Sequence record: NZ_KX832927.1
Source: a plasmid
Length of the DNA stretch: 64,000 nucleotides
Reading direction: 5' to 3' (one strand)
Translations under genes and position numbers: made by a program
Notes under the pieces: generated by a model
What the model was told of the DNA's origin: nothing
What the model saw: the letters and a program-made list of their open reading frames with translations, nothing else
Database searches by the model: none
Part shown: positions 60,410-64,000 of the stretch, piece after piece
How positions within the stretch are numbered: position 1 is the first letter of the stretch
Layout: each line of letters opens with the position of its first letter

Positions 60410-63122
60410 TTAAACGCTCCTCCTCAATCATCTTATTATAAAGATTAAAAAGGTGCTCAAGTCTTTCTTCATCTGAATCTAATGTTTTTTTATAATAGCA
60501 CTGCTCAACAATTCTATCATTTTCCTGATGTGCTAATAATAGATCTAATGGCATAGTATCTGGATCATATAATTTAGACATTGGTAAATTTGAATATGTT
60601 TCTCTAATCGTTAAGATGTTAAATGCTGATGCAACTAACTCCTCCTTTAACTCCTTAGTAATTTTAGGAAATGGGAATGTATTGTAGCAAAGCACCGATG
60701 AATACCTTAAACGTGTCTCAAGTGCCCCTCCGACAGCTCTTACCCAAAGCATGTGCATTTTGGATGTTAGAAGGGAAAATACATAAGGTTCTGGATTATA
60801 TATAGCAAACGCAAGATTATTAATTATGATCGAATCATCTAAAAAACCTATCGGAATATATGGACGACGTTCCGAAGATGTTCCTGGAATAATTATAGCT
60901 GAACCTGCTTGGTGTCTAATCTCAATAAAACGATATGGACGATCGGCAAATTGTTGATATGACTTTTTTTTACTTTGTGCACGCTCGACATACACTGAAT
61001 TTAACCGCTCTTGCATTGGTGGAATATCCTTAATTTCATGTAAATCTCCTTCTGATATCCATAAACACCATCTGTCTATGCCTTTAATAAACTCATTAGA
61101 ACCAACAACTTTTTTAATAAATGGTTTTAATTTTGGATACTCATTAATTAATTGATCCTTTTCTTCTGTTGAAAAATGCAAATATCCCCAATCATTAGGC
61201 ATATTTCCTAAAACCATTTTAGGTAAATTTGATAGAACTTTTGTTCTTTTAGAGACAGTAGGAGTATTTAAAGAGGTTAAATAAGGACTAATATTTTTGC
61301 AAACTAGGACTCTATTTTCCTGATAAAGCTTTCTATTTAAAGGCAAGTATTCGTTATTAATCAATCCAACAATAATACATGTAACACCTGCATTAGATTT
61401 TGCACTATTAGTCCATTTAAAAGCTTTATGTGCAAAATGTATATCTACATTATTTTGATAAATGAGAGGCCAAAGTAATGAAACTTGCTCCCCTTGAGAT
61501 AAAGAGTTTGTTGAAACAAATGCAAGAGAGCCTTTAGTACTTTTAATATATTGTGAACCTTTAATAAACCAACAGGATATATAATCTAATTTCGTAGTTG
61601 AACCAATTACAGCATATAAATCATTTTTTTGACTTTCTGATTGTTGTGAAAAACCTTTGTAAGGAGGGTTCCCTAGCACGAAGACTTCATCGTTTTCTGT
61701 AATTGGACATAGATCTGACCAACTTATTTGGACGGCATTTGCATTTATGATATTACCTCCTTTTTTAAGAGGTAAGGATGGTAAAGATTCTCCAAATTCA
61801 TCTTTAAAAGCAATATTCATTTGGTGTTCAGCTAACCATAAAGATAATATGGCTATTTCATGTGCAAAATCATCAATTTCTATACCATAAAATTGAGAAA
61901 CCTGAATCACTGAAAATGGTTTTGAAAGCTGACCTGTTTTATCAAGTTCAAGCTCTTGAATACGTTTTAAAAGCTCCTTTTCAAACTTACGAAGCTCTTT
62001 ATAAGCAATAATAAGAAAGTTTCCTGAACCACATGCAGGGTCAAAAATTTTCAATTGCCCTAAACGCTGCTGTAGCTGCAATAATTTATTTATGCTGTCC
62101 TGATTCTTTTCTAGTTCTTCGTAAAGGTCATTCAAAAATAAAGGTTCAATAACCTTCATAATATTTGGAACAGACGTATAGTGCTGTCCCATATTGCTAC
62201 GTTGTTCCGTATGAACAACTGCTTGGAACATTGAACCAAAAATATCAGGATTAATATCAGACCAATCTAATTCTGCACCACATTCAATCAAGATTTGGCG
62301 TGATTTACGGTTAAATTTAGGAACTTGGATATCATCCTTAAAGAGACCACCATTTACATAAGGAAAATCTGATAAGTAGTCTGGTAGATCTTTAGGGCGT
62401 TGCTGTTTTGATTGATTTAAAACAACAAACAATCGCTTTAAATAGTCTGATAGATCTGAACCATCTTGTTTTGTATGAGAACCAATAGCATCAGAAAACT
62501 GTTTATCTTTGAAAATTTCTGTATCTTCAGCAAAATAACAAAACAGTAATCGTGATAAGAAAATATTGAGTTGATGTAAATTCTCTTTATTATTTAAGCC
62601 ATCTTCATCGAAATTATCTGCTTTAATTTCGTCAAAGAGCTTTGCCAATTTTTCGGCTGCTTTAACATCCGCTGGGTTTTCACCCTGATATACAGCTTTC
62701 TCCATCCCAGCCCATGGTAGGAAGAAATCAAATTTTTTAGCTAAATCACTAAACTCGATATCCAAACTATCATTTGTTTTGGTATCAATAGCTAATAATT
62801 TTTTAAAATCCGTGACTATTAAGAAACGAATCTTATTGCCTTCAGTTCGTCTTTCTTGCTTCATTTGGTCAATGAGACCATATAGATCTTGTTGTTTTGC
62901 AATTTTAAAATAGAGTTGGCGCTTCCAAAAAACAGAGTTTTCCTTATCTTCAGCTAAATTTCGCTCACCAGAGCGCACACGCCCCACAGACTGACTGCGA
63001 TGTCCATAAGCTAAAAGCAACTCATAGATAAAGTCTTGTTTGTTTAACTCATCTTGAGTAATTTTACTGATGATCTGTTTAACATTTTCTTCGATTTGGA
63101 CAATATTCATGTGACATGACAA
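60402..63122 (-). CDS. MmeI-family N6-adenine DNA methyltransferase with a degenerate N-terminal nuclease-like region
   Basis: 906 aa. Methyltransferase motif I FDPACGSGNFL and motif IV LGNPPY are present. There is extended collinear similarity to the MmeI family (LSRLLFCYFAEDTEIF, HYTSVPNIMKVIEPLFL, FVSTNSLSQGEQVSLLWPL, GGALETRLRYSSVLCYNTFPFP). The region that aligns with the MmeI PD-ExK motif reads NSVFWKRQLYFKIAK and lacks the Asp and Glu. Confidence 0.75.
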   Translation of the reverse strand: MSCHMNIVQIEENVKQIISKITQDELNKQDFIYELLLAYGHRSQSVGRVRSGERNLAEDKENSVFWKRQLYFKIAKQQDLYGLIDQMKQERRTEGNKIRFLIVTDFKKLLAIDTKTNDSLDIEFSDLAKKFDFFLPWAGMEKAVYQGENPADVKAAEKLAKLFDEIKADNFDEDGLNNKENLHQLNIFLSRLLFCYFAEDTEIFKDKQFSDAIGSHTKQDGSDLSDYLKRLFVVLNQSKQQRPKDLPDYLSDFPYVNGGLFKDDIQVPKFNRKSRQILIECGAELDWSDINPDIFGSMFQAVVHTEQRSNMGQHYTSVPNIMKVIEPLFLNDLYEELEKNQDSINKLLQLQQRLGQLKIFDPACGSGNFLIIAYKELRKFEKELLKRIQELELDKTGQLSKPFSVIQVSQFYGIEIDDFAHEIAILSLWLAEHQMNIAFKDEFGESLPSLPLKKGGNIINANAVQISWSDLCPITENDEVFVLGNPPYKGFSQQSESQKNDLYAVIGSTTKLDYISCWFIKGSQYIKSTKGSLAFVSTNSLSQGEQVSLLWPLIYQNNVDIHFAHKAFKWTNSAKSNAGVTCIIVGLINNEYLPLNRKLYQENRVLVCKNISPYLTSLNTPTVSKRTKVLSNLPKMVLGNMPNDWGYLHFSTEEKDQLINEYPKLKPFIKKVVGSNEFIKGIDRWCLWISEGDLHEIKDIPPMQERLNSVYVERAQSKKKSYQQFADRPYRFIEIRHQAGSAIIIPGTSSERRPYIPIGFLDDSIIINNLAFAIYNPEPYVFSLLTSKMHMLWVRAVGGALETRLRYSSVLCYNTFPFPKITKELKEELVASAFNILTIRETYSNLPMSKLYDPDTMPLDLLLAHQENDRIVEQCYYKKTLDSDEERLEHLFNLYNKMIEEERLND

Positions 63123-63173
63123 CCATTTTTAAGCTGATAATTTGTTAAATAAACAATGAGTTAATATGACTAA

Positions 63174-63198
63174 GAACCTATCCCAATAGGTTTTTATT
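63174..63198. repeat. 25-bp GAACCTATCCCAATAGGTTTTTATT at the terminus of the adjacent IS (identical to 57155-57179)
   Basis: Exact repeat. The IS orfB stop codon lies inside it. Confidence 0.5.
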
Positions 63199-63450
63199 CC
63201 AGACAATGACACCACAGGCAAAATGCAGCATCGCCTCATAATTCTCGACTTTCTTCTCCCAACGAGTCAGGACACGACGATAGCGATTCATCCAACTGTG
63301 TGTTCTCTCTACAACCCAGCGGTGAGCCTTAAAATCCGTGTTTTTGATGGCTTCTGACTCATCCTTCCGTGACTGGATATGAGGTTCATAGCGACGACTT
63401 TTCAGATACGATTTCAACCATTCCGCTTCATACCCTTTGTCCATGCACAA
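63178..63450 (-). CDS. IS5-family transposase OrfB, C-terminal DDE part
   Basis: 90-aa ORF in a different frame from orfA. A frameshift fusion with the upstream frame (which starts at about 63570) is likely. Confidence 0.45.
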   Translation of the reverse strand: MCMDKGYEAEWLKSYLKSRRYEPHIQSRKDESEAIKNTDFKAHRWVVERTHSWMNRYRRVLTRWEKKVENYEAMLHFACGVIVWNKNLLG

Positions 63451-63571
63451 CCGGAGCCTCTTGCATGGTCTGCCCGTCTGGAGGGCATCGAGCGTATCCG
63501 CAACCAGCTTTATGTTCCGGCTACAACCAGTGCAAGCGGAAGCCTGTTCGCGTCAGTCATCAGACTGCGCT

Positions 63572-63970
63572 TTACTCCCTGTTTCCCACGGTCTGTAGGG
63601 TTCCGGCCTGTTTTTTTGAGCCTGCCAGGGGTGATTTTGTCATACAACCATCAATCGACAGCCACGACCAGTCAATAGCGTCCAGCTGTTCGCTGGCAAG
63701 CAACCCGTTTTGCCAGAAGCGTTCAAATACGCCAGCATCCCGCCACTCTTGAAATCGGCGGTGAGCAGAGCTTGACGAGCATATACCGGTGGCATTCAGC
63801 GCATTCCACTGGCAACCCGTCCTGAGTACGAAGAAGATGGCGTTCATTGCAGCGCGATTATCAACCCGCTTGCGGTGCGTACCCAGAGGATGGTGAGTTT
63901 TATGCTCCGGAATCAGTTGAGCCATTTTCTCCCAGAGTCCATCACTGATCTGCCACTTGTTGCCCGTCAC
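63572..63970 (-). CDS. IS5-family transposase OrfA (HTH part)
   Basis: 132 aa. The gene begins 30 bp inside the window edge. Confidence 0.5.
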   Translation of the reverse strand: MTGNKWQISDGLWEKMAQLIPEHKTHHPLGTHRKRVDNRAAMNAIFFVLRTGCQWNALNATGICSSSSAHRRFQEWRDAGVFERFWQNGLLASEQLDAIDWSWLSIDGCMTKSPLAGSKKQAGTLQTVGNRE

Positions 63971-64000
63971 GCTTCGCCTTCAGAAATTATCATTATGTAT

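Larger units (their letters stand above)
63170..64000 (-). mobile_element. IS5-family (IS427/IS903-like) insertion sequence with two frameshifted transposase ORFs, running to the window edge
   Basis: orfA (MTGNKWQISDGLWEKMAQLIPEHKTHHPLG..., HTH) and orfB (DDE C-terminal part ...VVERTHSWMNRYRRVL...). This two-ORF layout is typical of IS5-family elements that use programmed frameshifting. Confidence 0.55.

Noticed and set aside
57269-63122. Interpreting the methyltransferase-helicase cluster as a canonical BREX (PglX) or DISARM locus
   Set aside because: MmeI-like methyltransferases occur as PglX in BREX. However, no PglZ, BrxC or BrxL, or DrmB, DrmC or DrmD-like genes are present in the flanking DNA within the window. 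The operon is bounded by IS sequence on both sides.
57155-63198. Possible CRISPR array or terminator interpretation of the 25-bp repeats (hairpin aacctat-ccca-ataggtt plus T run)
   Set aside because: Only two copies exist, 6 kb apart, with no spacer periodicity. One copy contains the stop codon and terminus of the IS transposase gene. An IS terminal repeat is the simpler explanation, although the hairpin could also terminate transcription.

Overview
The window is a mosaic of a conjugative plasmid backbone and a large, heavily rearranged resistance region. It ends in AT-rich DNA that carries a candidate restriction/defence operon which I cannot match to any described system.

Backbone, roughly 1-20.7 kb and 31.1-41.3 kb: an F-type (MPF-F) transfer block on the minus strand. 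It runs traA (pilin), traV, traB, traK, traE, a traL-like gene, several small membrane/secreted genes, traD (coupling protein) and a MobH-type HD-domain relaxase traI. Downstream of traA, at the window start, is a signal-peptide ORF of at least 1390 codons that extends beyond position 1. topB (topoisomerase III), a C5 cytosine methyltransferase-like gene, a truncated N6-methyltransferase-like gene, parA-parB and a small HTH gene follow. This gene content and order resemble IncA/C (IncC) and SXT/R391-type MOBH elements. No integrase is present and parAB is, so a plasmid is more likely than an ICE.

Tn10, 20751-31097: its IS10R is interrupted by IS5, and the transposon is inserted with a 9-bp target duplication into a small ASCH-domain gene.

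Sul2-type island from about 41345: a truncated sul2 is joined to low-GC erm(42). Then come a full ISCR2, a serine recombinase, and an In4-type class 1 integron (intI1, dfrA1, an aadA variant, qacEdelta1, sul1, orf5, then IS6100 flanked by inverted IRt copies with a partial tandem IS6100 duplication). IS26, an IS4321/IS5075-like element sitting in a Tn21-family IR fragment, and the C-terminal end plus 38-bp IR of a Tn3-family transposase complete the island.

AT-rich DNA, 55.9-64 kb, about 33-35% GC: a tight minus-strand operon encodes an MmeI-family N6-adenine methyltransferase whose nuclease catalytic residues appear lost, an SF2 DEAD/DEAH helicase, a small acidic protein and a T5orf172/GIY-YIG-like protein. 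Identical 25-bp repeats bracket the operon, one of them forming the terminus of an adjacent IS5-family IS.

An 18-bp perfect palindrome, ACTTTCACATGTGAAAGT, recurs at three promoter-proximal backbone sites.
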